This document shows, one piece after another, positions 47,888 to 55,911 of a stretch of DNA of 64,000 nt (the stretch's first letter is position 1; each line of letters opens with the position of its first letter). The position numbers and the translations under genes were made by a program. Where the stretch lies: the IMG/VR virus record IMGVR_UViG_3300015261_000001, positions 124,001 to 188,000 of that record. One strand, 5' to 3'. The notes beneath the pieces were generated by a model. It did no database searches. It was not told where the DNA came from and saw nothing but the letters and a program-made list of their open reading frames with translations.

Positions 47888-48487
47888 TTATCCTCTCTCG
47901 CCCTTTACACCGGTAGGTTCAATAGGGTCAATCCCCAAACGCTCTAGGTGACTGTTAATGTTACCACAGGTCACCAAATAAGAGACGTTACTGAACCCAA
48001 AGACCAACCCCACCAAACTGGTCACTTCACCCAGCCCTTCATGAGAGGCCGCCCAATACTGTCTATCATCACAGCAGACAGTGACTTCTTCATGACGTTT
48101 CATTCCGCTAGGGGTGTAAATGACTCCTTTCTCCTCAATGTTGCTAGAGGAGTTCAACGTCAGGAGGTCTTCCCAACTACCGAATACAATCACCCCATTG
48201 ATACTGGTCACCATAGGGATAGTTTTCAACTCGTTACTGACCCAGTCTAACAACTCCTGTAGATCAGCACACCCGGCATGTTCCCTGCCAAAGGATTCAC
48301 TGTCTACCGTCCAATTGGATTTAGCCAATACAGGAATGGTCTTACCCAGATACTCCATATCCTGCATATGGTGAGTGCCACGGATCTCAAATGTGATACC
48401 GACCGTGGCGGCTTGTTTCTTAAGGTTGTCAATACGGGGTTGATGATACTCCCATTGACCACTCAGTACGCTGTAAGGGCAACTCAT
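47888..48487 (-). CDS. Hypothetical protein
   Basis: 199 aa; overlaps the upstream gene by 4 nt. Confidence 0.6.
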   Translation of the reverse strand: MSCPYSVLSGQWEYHQPRIDNLKKQAATVGITFEIRGTHHMQDMEYLGKTIPVLAKSNWTVDSESFGREHAGCADLQELLDWVSNELKTIPMVTSINGVIVFGSWEDLLTLNSSSNIEEKGVIYTPSGMKRHEEVTVCCDDRQYWAASHEGLGEVTSLVGLVFGFSNVSYLVTCGNINSHLERLGIDPIEPTGVKGERG

Positions 48488-48873
48488 GGAATCACATCCC
48501 AGGCAATGTTGGTATTACCCCGACCAATACCTTGATTAGGGTCTTCTTTGACCTTCTCTACGAACGAGTCGCACAGTTCACGAGCCAACTGAGGATCCAG
48601 AGGGCGTACATGAGCACCGGGGGCTAACTCAGTCCATACGCCCTCAACGATAGCCTTGATGTTCTCAGCGATCCCCATGTGCACCTCAGCCAACATCAAT
48701 GCCTCATCCAGACTGCGAGCCATGACTTGAGGAATAGGGTCCAATCCTTGATGACCCGGGTCGAAGTACACACAGAACATGCCATACGTGTCGTTAATCG
48801 ACAGTTGCATATTCACCTTGACTTCAGCAGCCTTCACTTGGAGGGCTTTAAAGCGTTCTTCAAGAGTTGACAT
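48484..48873 (-). CDS. Hypothetical protein
   Basis: 129 aa; overlapping cluster. Confidence 0.6.
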   Translation of the reverse strand: MSTLEERFKALQVKAAEVKVNMQLSINDTYGMFCVYFDPGHQGLDPIPQVMARSLDEALMLAEVHMGIAENIKAIVEGVWTELAPGAHVRPLDPQLARELCDSFVEKVKEDPNQGIGRGNTNIAWDVIP

Positions 48874-49411
48874 TTAAGCCACCCCGTGTAAAGAGTCGTT
48901 TAATCAACAACCACAACTTACGTGGTTTACTGGTGCGGACAAAGGGAGTGCCTTTACCGGTCATTTGGAGAGCCCCTCGTCCGTGGTATTTGAATGGGTC
49001 AATTTCTACAGGTTGTGCGATCGGGTAGTTATCCTCAACCAGGAAACCCCCTGCAAACACCTTCTTCGGTTCCGCGTGATGCGGGTGACCGGTATAAGCC
49101 TTGGCATCATAACCACGCCGAGACAGTTGTTTACCCAGTTCATCGAATTGATGACTGTTAACAGCGTAGACGGTCAAATAGCAACCGGCTAATGGAATAC
49201 GGAGTTGCAACCAGTTAAAGAACGACGCTGGTTGTTTGCAGTTACCCAGTTTAATCCCCAACAGCAATAACACCTCACGATGAGCGAGACATGGGATACC
49301 GTTTACATAGCCAACCATCAGCTTACCGTAATTGGTCACCAGTCCCAGGTGAGGATCACGAACAATAAGGTCTTTAATCTTGTGTTTACGATTTGGCATT
49401 ACTTTGCTCAT
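48860..49411 (-). CDS. Hypothetical basic protein
   Basis: Likely start MSKVM at 49411 (183 aa); the longer track start lies inside the terminator region. Confidence 0.55.
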   Translation of the reverse strand: MSKVMPNRKHKIKDLIVRDPHLGLVTNYGKLMVGYVNGIPCLAHREVLLLLGIKLGNCKQPASFFNWLQLRIPLAGCYLTVYAVNSHQFDELGKQLSRRGYDAKAYTGHPHHAEPKKVFAGGFLVEDNYPIAQPVEIDPFKYHGRGALQMTGKGTPFVRTSKPRKLWLLIKRLFTRGGLNVNS

Positions 49412-49462
49412 TATGTTGGTTAACACTATAACAATGGAACACAGGCAAAAATAAAGAGTAAA

Positions 49463-49491
49463 TACCCACCTCCCCATAAGGGAGGCAGGTA
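49463..49491 (-). terminator. Terminator after the lyase gene
   Basis: TACC..CCTCCC / GGGAGG..GGTA stem followed by TTTATTTTTGCC on the minus strand. Confidence 0.6.
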
Positions 49492-49502
49492 GTCGTAATC
49501 GG

Positions 49503-50498
49503 TTATTTCAGGAGATCTCGTTGCGCCATAGACCAGTAACGGACACCACGTCCCTTGGTGGGGTCTACCGTGGCCAGAATAGCGTCCAGTTTATCGAGGT
49601 TAGCCAGTGCGGTCTTCTTAGCCCCTCGGCTAATATTGCCCTGTATCTGAACAATCAACTTATTCACCACCTCTTGCAGTTCTTCAGGGACGTCAGTAAT
49701 CAGCACCCGCTCGTGACTGTCCAGAGCAAAGGTTTCCCCTACCCGCCAATAAGTGTCAGTATCGAGGTTAATAGCATCGAGTTCGATAGCGTCCCCGTGA
49801 TAGACGTCCAACTCAAACAAGACGATCTGTCCTTGACCTTCTTGCTGTTGTTCGTACGGCATGGTGATATCAGTTTGACAGTAGACCCCGGCTTTTGCAT
49901 AGAGACCGGTATCCTGACTGTAGGAACCGTCCATATTGATCGCTGTAGCCCAGGATTTAGCGTCTGCCTGATTCCAGTTAAAGGCGGCGATGAAAGTACC
50001 CTTATCAAAACCAAACAAAAGGTCGAAGATTTGCCCGCGTTTAACCCCTCTTACCAACACGTATTCAGTTTCCTTAGCCAAGAAGGTTTTGGCCACTTGT
50101 ACGTTCAAGTAAAACGAGTCATCTACCTTGTCGTAATACCACTGACCCTTTGCCAGAGGACGGGTGGAACTACCGTGCCACTGAATACTGATGGCTTTAC
50201 CCGCAGGACCGAGGTCCATAATGGCTTGACGTACCGCAATGGCGTTGAATCCGTGCTGATCAATCTTGATGGCGGTCTTACGCCCTGTAACGGGGTCAAA
50301 TTCCCGCAATTCAGAACGCCCGTATTTAGTGTTCTGGGTGGGTTGCAAATCTTCGCCCTTAGTAGGGCTGGTAGCGATGATCCGATCTTTCTTACTGGTG
50401 TCCCAGAACGCATTATTGAGTGTAGGTAGATCCGTTACCGATGTGGTGACGTTAGTAGGGTCGGTATGGTTGAAGCAATTGATCTTGGCGAAAGGCAT
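49503..50498 (-). CDS. Polysaccharide lyase family 7 (alginate lyase 2)-like protein
   Basis: All three PL7 signature segments in order: YGRSELRE, ISIQWHG and LYAKAGVYCQ; no signal peptide; extra ~70-aa C-terminal region. Confidence 0.8.
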   Translation of the reverse strand: MPFAKINCFNHTDPTNVTTSVTDLPTLNNAFWDTSKKDRIIATSPTKGEDLQPTQNTKYGRSELREFDPVTGRKTAIKIDQHGFNAIAVRQAIMDLGPAGKAISIQWHGSSTRPLAKGQWYYDKVDDSFYLNVQVAKTFLAKETEYVLVRGVKRGQIFDLLFGFDKGTFIAAFNWNQADAKSWATAINMDGSYSQDTGLYAKAGVYCQTDITMPYEQQQEGQGQIVLFELDVYHGDAIELDAINLDTDTYWRVGETFALDSHERVLITDVPEELQEVVNKLIVQIQGNISRGAKKTALANLDKLDAILATVDPTKGRGVRYWSMAQRDLLK

Positions 50499-50574
50499 AA
50501 CGCGTAATCCTCTAAAATAAACCTCCCTTCATAGGGCGGGCATAGGATCTGATGCAAAAAATAAAGGAGTACCA

Positions 50575-50596
50575 CCTACCCCCTTACGGAGGTAGG
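50575..50596 (-). terminator. Terminator of the early gene cluster
   Basis: Minus strand CCTACCTCC-GTAA-GGGGGTAGG (U.G wobble, GNRA loop) followed by TTTATTTTTTGC. Confidence 0.75.
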
Positions 50597-50612
50597 CAGC
50601 ATTCACAAGGTG

Positions 50613-50912
50613 TTATTTACGGTTGTTACGGTAGTGACGAATGAAGTTCAGCAGATCACCGTATACCCGTCTGCTGATAGAACGCAACTTCAGTTCTTCC
50701 AGCCTAACTTCTAGGTCCACTAACTGCGCCTGGCGGATCTTCAACGCCTCAGCGTACCACTCAGCCCGTTGGGTTAACTGGATCTGCAAGGCCGATTGGA
50801 ACTCCTTGGCGTTTTCAGCTTCGGTCACCATCCACGTATGCGCCTGAGTGAGGACTTTGATGGTCTCTTTCTGGGCATCGATTTTGGCTTGTAGCCAAGA
50901 ACGGTACATCAC
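50613..50912 (-). CDS. Hypothetical coiled-coil protein
   Basis: 99 aa; heptad pattern; overlapping cluster. Confidence 0.6.
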   Translation of the reverse strand: MMYRSWLQAKIDAQKETIKVLTQAHTWMVTEAENAKEFQSALQIQLTQRAEWYAEALKIRQAQLVDLEVRLEELKLRSISRRVYGDLLNFIRHYRNNRK

Positions 50913-51097
50913 AGGTGCATCTCCGCTTCCATGGACTCGATCATGCCTTCGAACGTTTCACTCGGTTCGGAGACATCCACGTCATCAATTGCACCATGCC
51001 AATAGCCGTCGACAAAGAAGAACTCCAAGCAGACGTGGTCATCGGTGCACGCTTGTTGAATAGCCAGTACGCGGTCCTGTATCGATTTATCACTCAT
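50909..51097 (-). CDS. Small acidic hypothetical protein
   Basis: 62 aa; 4-nt overlaps on both sides. Confidence 0.55.
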   Translation of the reverse strand: MSDKSIQDRVLAIQQACTDDHVCLEFFFVDGYWHGAIDDVDVSEPSETFEGMIESMEAEMHL

Positions 51098-51609
51098 TCC
51101 TTACCCTCATCCCACCAACCGTTAACCAGCAGTACTCGCTTGATCTTCAGTTGGCTAGCCAGTTGTTTATCGTGAACCGCTACCAAGTCCTCACGGAACG
51201 GGATAGCGTCATTAATCTCTTTCTTCAACACACTCAGCAGGTAGCCCTGACGGCGATACTCGTCCATCAAGGTTACCCGTGTACGCAATAACAAGGTTTC
51301 AGGTAAGCTGGTAGGAAGGGCGGTTAACAAATCACCGCTCTCTACCGCCTTTAGTAAAGCAGGGCGAAAGTTGCGGTCAGCATATTCCACCAATGCCTTA
51401 TCCAGCCGATCAATAACCCGTTGATACCGACCCCGGGCGTATTCACCAGCAGGTGCAGGGGAACTGTAATTCAAGTCCCCCAGTGCATCCTGATAACGGT
51501 GCAGCTCGGAGGAGTAAAACGCATACTCCTCCTGAGTGCCGATAAACAACTCATCTGAGTCTTCTTGTTTCTTCTTGCGGAACTCAGCGATACTGGTTAC
51601 TGTGCCCAT
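51094..51609 (-). CDS. Hypothetical protein
   Basis: Likely start MGTVTSIAEFRKKK (171 aa). Confidence 0.6.
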   Translation of the reverse strand: MGTVTSIAEFRKKKQEDSDELFIGTQEEYAFYSSELHRYQDALGDLNYSSPAPAGEYARGRYQRVIDRLDKALVEYADRNFRPALLKAVESGDLLTALPTSLPETLLLRTRVTLMDEYRRQGYLLSVLKKEINDAIPFREDLVAVHDKQLASQLKIKRVLLVNGWWDEGKE

Positions 51610-51884
51610 GGCGTTACCTTCCTCGATAAGCAATTAGGGTGACGCTCGTAAAAGGAGGCTAATTCCTTATCAGCCTGTTCTGCCAGTTGTTTGCCTTCGC
51701 TATGCAGGTGGTCAGCGATCTGAGGATCACGGTTCTGCATGGACAAAGCCAAGATACTACCGGCTTGATCGAACTTGTGTTCAATCGCCTTCAACTCACG
51801 TGCACGGTTCAATACAGCCTGTACATTTGGAACTTCCATTTCAACTTCTCCTTGATTAACACGCAGTAAAAACTGGGAACTCAT
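51597..51884 (-). CDS. Hypothetical protein
   Basis: 95-aa helical ORF. Confidence 0.55.
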   Translation of the reverse strand: MSSQFLLRVNQGEVEMEVPNVQAVLNRARELKAIEHKFDQAGSILALSMQNRDPQIADHLHSEGKQLAEQADKELASFYERHPNCLSRKVTPWAQ

Positions 51885-51909
51885 AAAACGTACCTTTGGT
51901 GAGACTTAA

Positions 51910-52299
51910 TTACTCACAACAAGCGCGGAACACTTTCTCCCACTCTTCTTCAGTGCCCTTATAACCGTTGTTGACAGCCACCTCGTAAGGGAACTCTCGC
52001 TGCGGTTGAGGAACTCCGTCGTAGTGGTACTCAAAGAAGTAATCCGGGAGACTACCGTCAGGCAGGATATGCACTTCGGTGGTCCCCAGATAACCGATCA
52101 GACCCAATGCGCAGGTATCAGGATCAGTCTTCTTTTTCTTCTTCGGATAGAGCACCACCCCCGGCTCCAGCGTGAACTGCTTGTGGAACTCGCGGTCTTG
52201 CTGGATACGGGTATTCAAAGACTTCGTACCCCGCATCACGGTGGCTTTCAAATGCAACGCCAGACGCAGGGTTCGGCTATTTGCTTTAACGAGCGGCAT
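51910..52299 (-). CDS. Hypothetical protein with a C-terminal tail-fibre-type helical motif
   Basis: 129 aa; ends PYEVAVNNGYKGTEEEWEKV. Confidence 0.6.
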   Translation of the reverse strand: MPLVKANSRTLRLALHLKATVMRGTKSLNTRIQQDREFHKQFTLEPGVVLYPKKKKKTDPDTCALGLIGYLGTTEVHILPDGSLPDYFFEYHYDGVPQPQREFPYEVAVNNGYKGTEEEWEKVFRACCE

Positions 52300-52684
52300 A
52301 GCTTTCCTCCTGAATCAACCGATCCACTTCCGCCCAGCCTTCTTCAGGCATTCCAGAGATGGTGTAGGCTTTGTGCAGACGCGACATCAACTGCAACACG
52401 TCCTTACGTTCGAATACCGCAAACAACTGGTGGTACGACTCGTCCCGTTCTTCGCAGTCCAGATCCAGGTTAAACGACTGACCGTCTTCCATGCGTTTGA
52501 TCAGAGTCAGGTTGCTATCCTCACCTTTGACCCCTTCCACTTCCAACAGAGGCTGGTAGTAGTAGCTCTGATTACCGCCGTTCTCACCCTTGATAGCAAG
52601 AGGATCGAAGTCAGTCGGGTAGAACTTGGCAAACACTGTACCCGCTGGCAGGTACAGGAACTCTTTCAGATTAACAATCCTCAT
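52286..52684 (-). CDS. Hypothetical phage protein
   Basis: 132 aa; AGGA RBS. Confidence 0.65.
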   Translation of the reverse strand: MRIVNLKEFLYLPAGTVFAKFYPTDFDPLAIKGENGGNQSYYYQPLLEVEGVKGEDSNLTLIKRMEDGQSFNLDLDCEERDESYHQLFAVFERKDVLQLMSRLHKAYTISGMPEEGWAEVDRLIQEESYAAR

Positions 52685-52689
52685 CCTAC

Positions 52690-53028
52690 TTATCCCCTTA
52701 TTGGAATGATTTCGGCTGATTCAGGAGTAATCAGTTTCCACTCCCCCTCTACCATCAGTTCGATGGTCCAGCCTGTCTCTTTACTGGCATGGTCCCGTGC
52801 AGTCGCTAACCAGCTCTCAGCCATCAGGCGGAGGTTCTTGCGGGTCATCTCCTGCACCATGGCAACATCGCAGACAACGGTATCGCAGTTCTTGAACAGA
52901 CGGTTACTCATGTCCAAGCACGTGGCAATACGTTCCTTACGACTCTGGCCATGACGCAACCAATGCTCCAGCGCCTCAGGGGACTCAAACTCCTTCCCCC
53001 ACACATCTTTACGAATCACTGTCCCCAT
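52690..53028 (-). CDS. Hypothetical protein
   Basis: 112 aa; overlapping cluster. Confidence 0.6.
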   Translation of the reverse strand: MGTVIRKDVWGKEFESPEALEHWLRHGQSRKERIATCLDMSNRLFKNCDTVVCDVAMVQEMTRKNLRLMAESWLATARDHASKETGWTIELMVEGEWKLITPESAEIIPIRG

Positions 53029-53524
53029 TACGTTCTTTCGCCTCTTTTAACTGTTGACGGAGAGAATCAGGCGTCTTATGACCCCAGCTATCCAACACGA
53101 TAGGATTCTCAGGATTGTCTTTCAAATGAGTCCAGTACAACCGAGCACTCATGGCGCTAAAGAAGAACCGAGTCAAACGACGATCGGTGCCGTACTTGAA
53201 CACCACGTAGTAATGATCCACCGTACCGATAGGTTCATCGATCTGATAGAACAGGTAACCCGCTTCGCTAGCAATCGGACGCATACCCTCCCGACGCTTA
53301 TTGAAGTACGGCAAGAGCACTTCATCCCACCAACGACCCCGAGTCTTAATCGTGTTGCGCAGGTCGTCGGTAAACAACCGATGGAAAGGACGGATCATCC
53401 CTTCGATGCAAGGACCCAACTGATACTCGTGCAAGGTCTCCTGCATCTTCTCTTCGGTAGTGGGCAAGAAGTTACTCACCCGTACCGCCAGCAACTTACT
53501 TAAACGCTTATGTTGCTTTGCCAT
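53009..53524 (-). CDS. Paralog-family protein 1 (N-terminal KQHKRL domain plus shared C-terminal domain)
   Basis: 171 aa; YYVVFKYG...TRFFFS..SARLYWTHL...SWGHKT. Confidence 0.7.
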   Translation of the reverse strand: MAKQHKRLSKLLAVRVSNFLPTTEEKMQETLHEYQLGPCIEGMIRPFHRLFTDDLRNTIKTRGRWWDEVLLPYFNKRREGMRPIASEAGYLFYQIDEPIGTVDHYYVVFKYGTDRRLTRFFFSAMSARLYWTHLKDNPENPIVLDSWGHKTPDSLRQQLKEAKERNGDSDS

Positions 53525-54053
53525 AAATCTTCCATCCTAAGAATTTGTAAATATCGAGGGTCGAACGGAACCCATACTCAGCCGTCCCCGGTACGCCCTT
53601 ACGTTCATGTAACCACGTCAGGTGTTCGAAGTAACGGTAAGCATGATCCTTCTGAATGAAGAAGAAGGTTTTGCTCTTGTTGAATCCTGTTTCAAAGACA
53701 ACAAAGAACCCACCTACTCGGTTGAGTTTCACCACAGGTGCCACACACATCGTGCCGGGGTGTAAAACTTCCGCTGGATACAACCGACTGTCCACCGGTT
53801 CCATGGGTTGATGTTTATCAAACCAAGGGATATCCACATACTCCCACCAGCGCCCACGACGTTCCATGGAGACGCGTACCTGAGTACGAATGGCTAAGTC
53901 AGCCACCCAGTCACCGAAGTCTTCACTGATAGCATTTTTCTTAAACGCTACCAGCGCTGCTTCAATCTCTTCTACGCTTTTGTAATCCCCGCAATGAACA
54001 TCACCATGTGCCCAGTACAGAAGTCTGACTAAGCGCTTGTGTTGTTTAGGCAT
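53508..54053 (-). CDS. Paralog-family protein 2
   Basis: Likely start MPKQHKRL at 54053 (181 aa); FFVVFETG...TFFFIQ..HAYRYFEHL...EYGFRS. Confidence 0.7.
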   Translation of the reverse strand: MPKQHKRLVRLLYWAHGDVHCGDYKSVEEIEAALVAFKKNAISEDFGDWVADLAIRTQVRVSMERRGRWWEYVDIPWFDKHQPMEPVDSRLYPAEVLHPGTMCVAPVVKLNRVGGFFVVFETGFNKSKTFFFIQKDHAYRYFEHLTWLHERKGVPGTAEYGFRSTLDIYKFLGWKIYGKAT

Positions 54054-54537
54054 CACGTTTGTCCTTAGGCTGATCGTAAACAATCCCAGCGTGAGTCACA
54101 CGACCGCCCTCAGCGTGGACCTTGTCGTAGAACGCTTGCGACATGGGTGGCATCTCATCCTCGATGGTGTCAGGAACCGAAGCCATAACGATTTCTTTCA
54201 GGTCATTCTTTTTCATGCTGTTACCCTCACCGGTTAATACGTAGTTAAGTTCTTCCAACGATTTACTTCCCCACACATCAGGGTTAGCAGGCGCTGGGGT
54301 TTCACCAATCAAGTACAGGTAATAACTCTTCGCCCCACTGTTCGTGATAAAGAAGCGAGTCTTCTCTTCATCGTCTCCCTCTTGGAAAACTACGAAGTAA
54401 CGGGGGTGGTTACCCACCTTTCCTCGGATACTGGCAAACACAATCCTGTGCTCGTCTACAAGGTTCACAGGAACTGTTGCAGCGAGCATGACAGTCATCA
54501 GTTGGTTCTTGTTGAAGCGTGGCGCTACCGCGTCCAT
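54046..54537 (-). CDS. Paralog-family protein 3
   Basis: 163 aa; AGGAG RBS; YFVVFQEG...TRFFITNSGAKSYYLYL...WGSKSLEEL. Confidence 0.7.
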   Translation of the reverse strand: MDAVAPRFNKNQLMTVMLAATVPVNLVDEHRIVFASIRGKVGNHPRYFVVFQEGDDEEKTRFFITNSGAKSYYLYLIGETPAPANPDVWGSKSLEELNYVLTGEGNSMKKNDLKEIVMASVPDTIEDEMPPMSQAFYDKVHAEGGRVTHAGIVYDQPKDKRDA

Positions 54538-54654
54538 AGGGACTCCTAGCCTAGGTTAAAATAAAAGCGCATACACGCACCCCCGTCCAGACCCCCTGAT
54601 TTCATTGGGTTTCGTAGGGGTACCCTATTTTTTCGCACTAAAAACAAAGCAAAT

Positions 54655-54885
54655 CTAATTCTTCTTCATATCCACTAGAAAACGAAGTCTTTCAAACAAC
54701 TTTGGCATATCACTTCCATACACCAGATAATCTTTTCCCTGCATTGAACAGATACAATTACGCCCAATAATTGCCTCCTTACTCAATGCTTCTAACAGAT
54801 CAATTAGACCCGGTAGAGTAATGTTGTTAATCAATTCTTCTATTTCTTTTTGTTCTCTGTCTCCCATGATGCTTATTACTCCCAT
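54655..54885 (-). CDS. Hypothetical protein in AT-rich patch
   Basis: 76 aa or slightly shorter; about 34% GC in the lines I counted. Confidence 0.55.
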   Translation of the reverse strand: MGVISIMGDREQKEIEELINNITLPGLIDLLEALSKEAIIGRNCICSMQGKDYLVYGSDMPKLFERLRFLVDMKKN

Positions 54886-55205
54886 AGTTGTTTAGTTGAT
54901 TGTTTAAGTTCATCTAAAGTTTGATAACCGTAGTTGTAGGGTTCTGGTTGGTTACCCGGTGTAAGCTGTCTTAAGTACTGAATGTATCCATCTGCTGTAT
55001 GTCTATCTACAAAGAACCTAAGCGTATTACTAGGTTCGTCTTGATGATAAGCGGCATACACCATATGGTCTGCACAACCTTCTGGGTTAACCATCCCTAG
55101 AAGAATACGTTGCTGACATTTACTCCTATTGAGTGAACACTTCCACCCATAAGGAGAATACTTGTTTAAGAGTATTATCTTGTTAAGATCAAAATTAATT
55201 GTCAT
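54876..55205 (-). CDS. Paralog-family protein 4 (AT-rich copy)
   Basis: 109 aa; VYAAYHQD...TLRFFVD..TADGYIQYL...NYGYQTLDEL. Confidence 0.65.
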   Translation of the reverse strand: MTINFDLNKIILLNKYSPYGWKCSLNRSKCQQRILLGMVNPEGCADHMVYAAYHQDEPSNTLRFFVDRHTADGYIQYLRQLTPGNQPEPYNYGYQTLDELKQSTKQLWE

Positions 55206-55229
55206 AGCGGGTATTCCTCTAGGGGTTAG

Positions 55230-55565
55230 TTAGAGCGCGTGTTTGTTGCGGAAGACTAGGATCTCTTCGAGGTTACTCCACCCCCACTCATTTAGATTAG
55301 TAGGGGCGTCGCCTGCTCTGAAGTTACGCAGGTAGTTAATGTAACTACGAGCGCCTGTGTTAGTGGTGAACAGTCTAGCGGTAGCTTCGTAGTTATCGCG
55401 TACGTAGACAGCGAAGACTTTAGAGCAGGGGGTATTGCCTGGTTGCAGTTGAGCGTACGTGATCTCTTGTATCGGTTGGGTGACATCACTCACGATAGAG
55501 TACACGTTACCGAGTACGGGAGCTGCGAGTACGAGTTCCTTAAGTTGCTCTGGGGTCATGATCAT
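55230..55565 (-). CDS. Paralog-family protein 5
   Basis: 111 aa; VFAVYVRD...ARLFTTNTGARSYINYL...EWGWSNLEEI. Confidence 0.7.
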   Translation of the reverse strand: MIMTPEQLKELVLAAPVLGNVYSIVSDVTQPIQEITYAQLQPGNTPCSKVFAVYVRDNYEATARLFTTNTGARSYINYLRNFRAGDAPTNLNEWGWSNLEEILVFRNKHAL

Positions 55566-55864
55566 TCCTTTAGGCGGAGGGTGTAGTTACCGTCAGTATC
55601 TTTAACGATTACCACGCCATGTTCTTTAGCGATCTTGTCTGCATCTTCCCTGTGCTTCATGGAGTTGATGACAGATTGTTCTCTGAGTCTAACTGTGCCG
55701 AGGTGGTGAACCTCTCGCATGGCTTGCTCAGACTTAAAGAGGAGTTCTTGTATCTGGATAACAGCTTCGTAAGGGATCCTAGGACCGCCTTTGCTGGTAC
55801 GCCGCTCGCGACGTTCAGACATCTTGCGATCTCTCCAGCCTTGCATCTGTACGACTTCGCCCAC
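55562..55864 (-). CDS. Hypothetical protein
   Basis: 100 aa (GTG start, AGGAG RBS). Confidence 0.6.
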   Translation of the reverse strand: MGEVVQMQGWRDRKMSERRERRTSKGGPRIPYEAVIQIQELLFKSEQAMREVHHLGTVRLREQSVINSMKHREDADKIAKEHGVVIVKDTDGNYTLRLKE

Positions 55865-55911
55865 GGCTTACTCCTTAAGGAGCTGCCCGGTTAAGAGCAG
55901 CTCGCGTAGGT

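Noticed and set aside
976-50596. Repeated hairpins as CRISPR repeats, REP elements or att sites
   Set aside because: They are single, kilobases apart, sit at gene ends with U-tracts, and have no spacers or cas/integrase genes.
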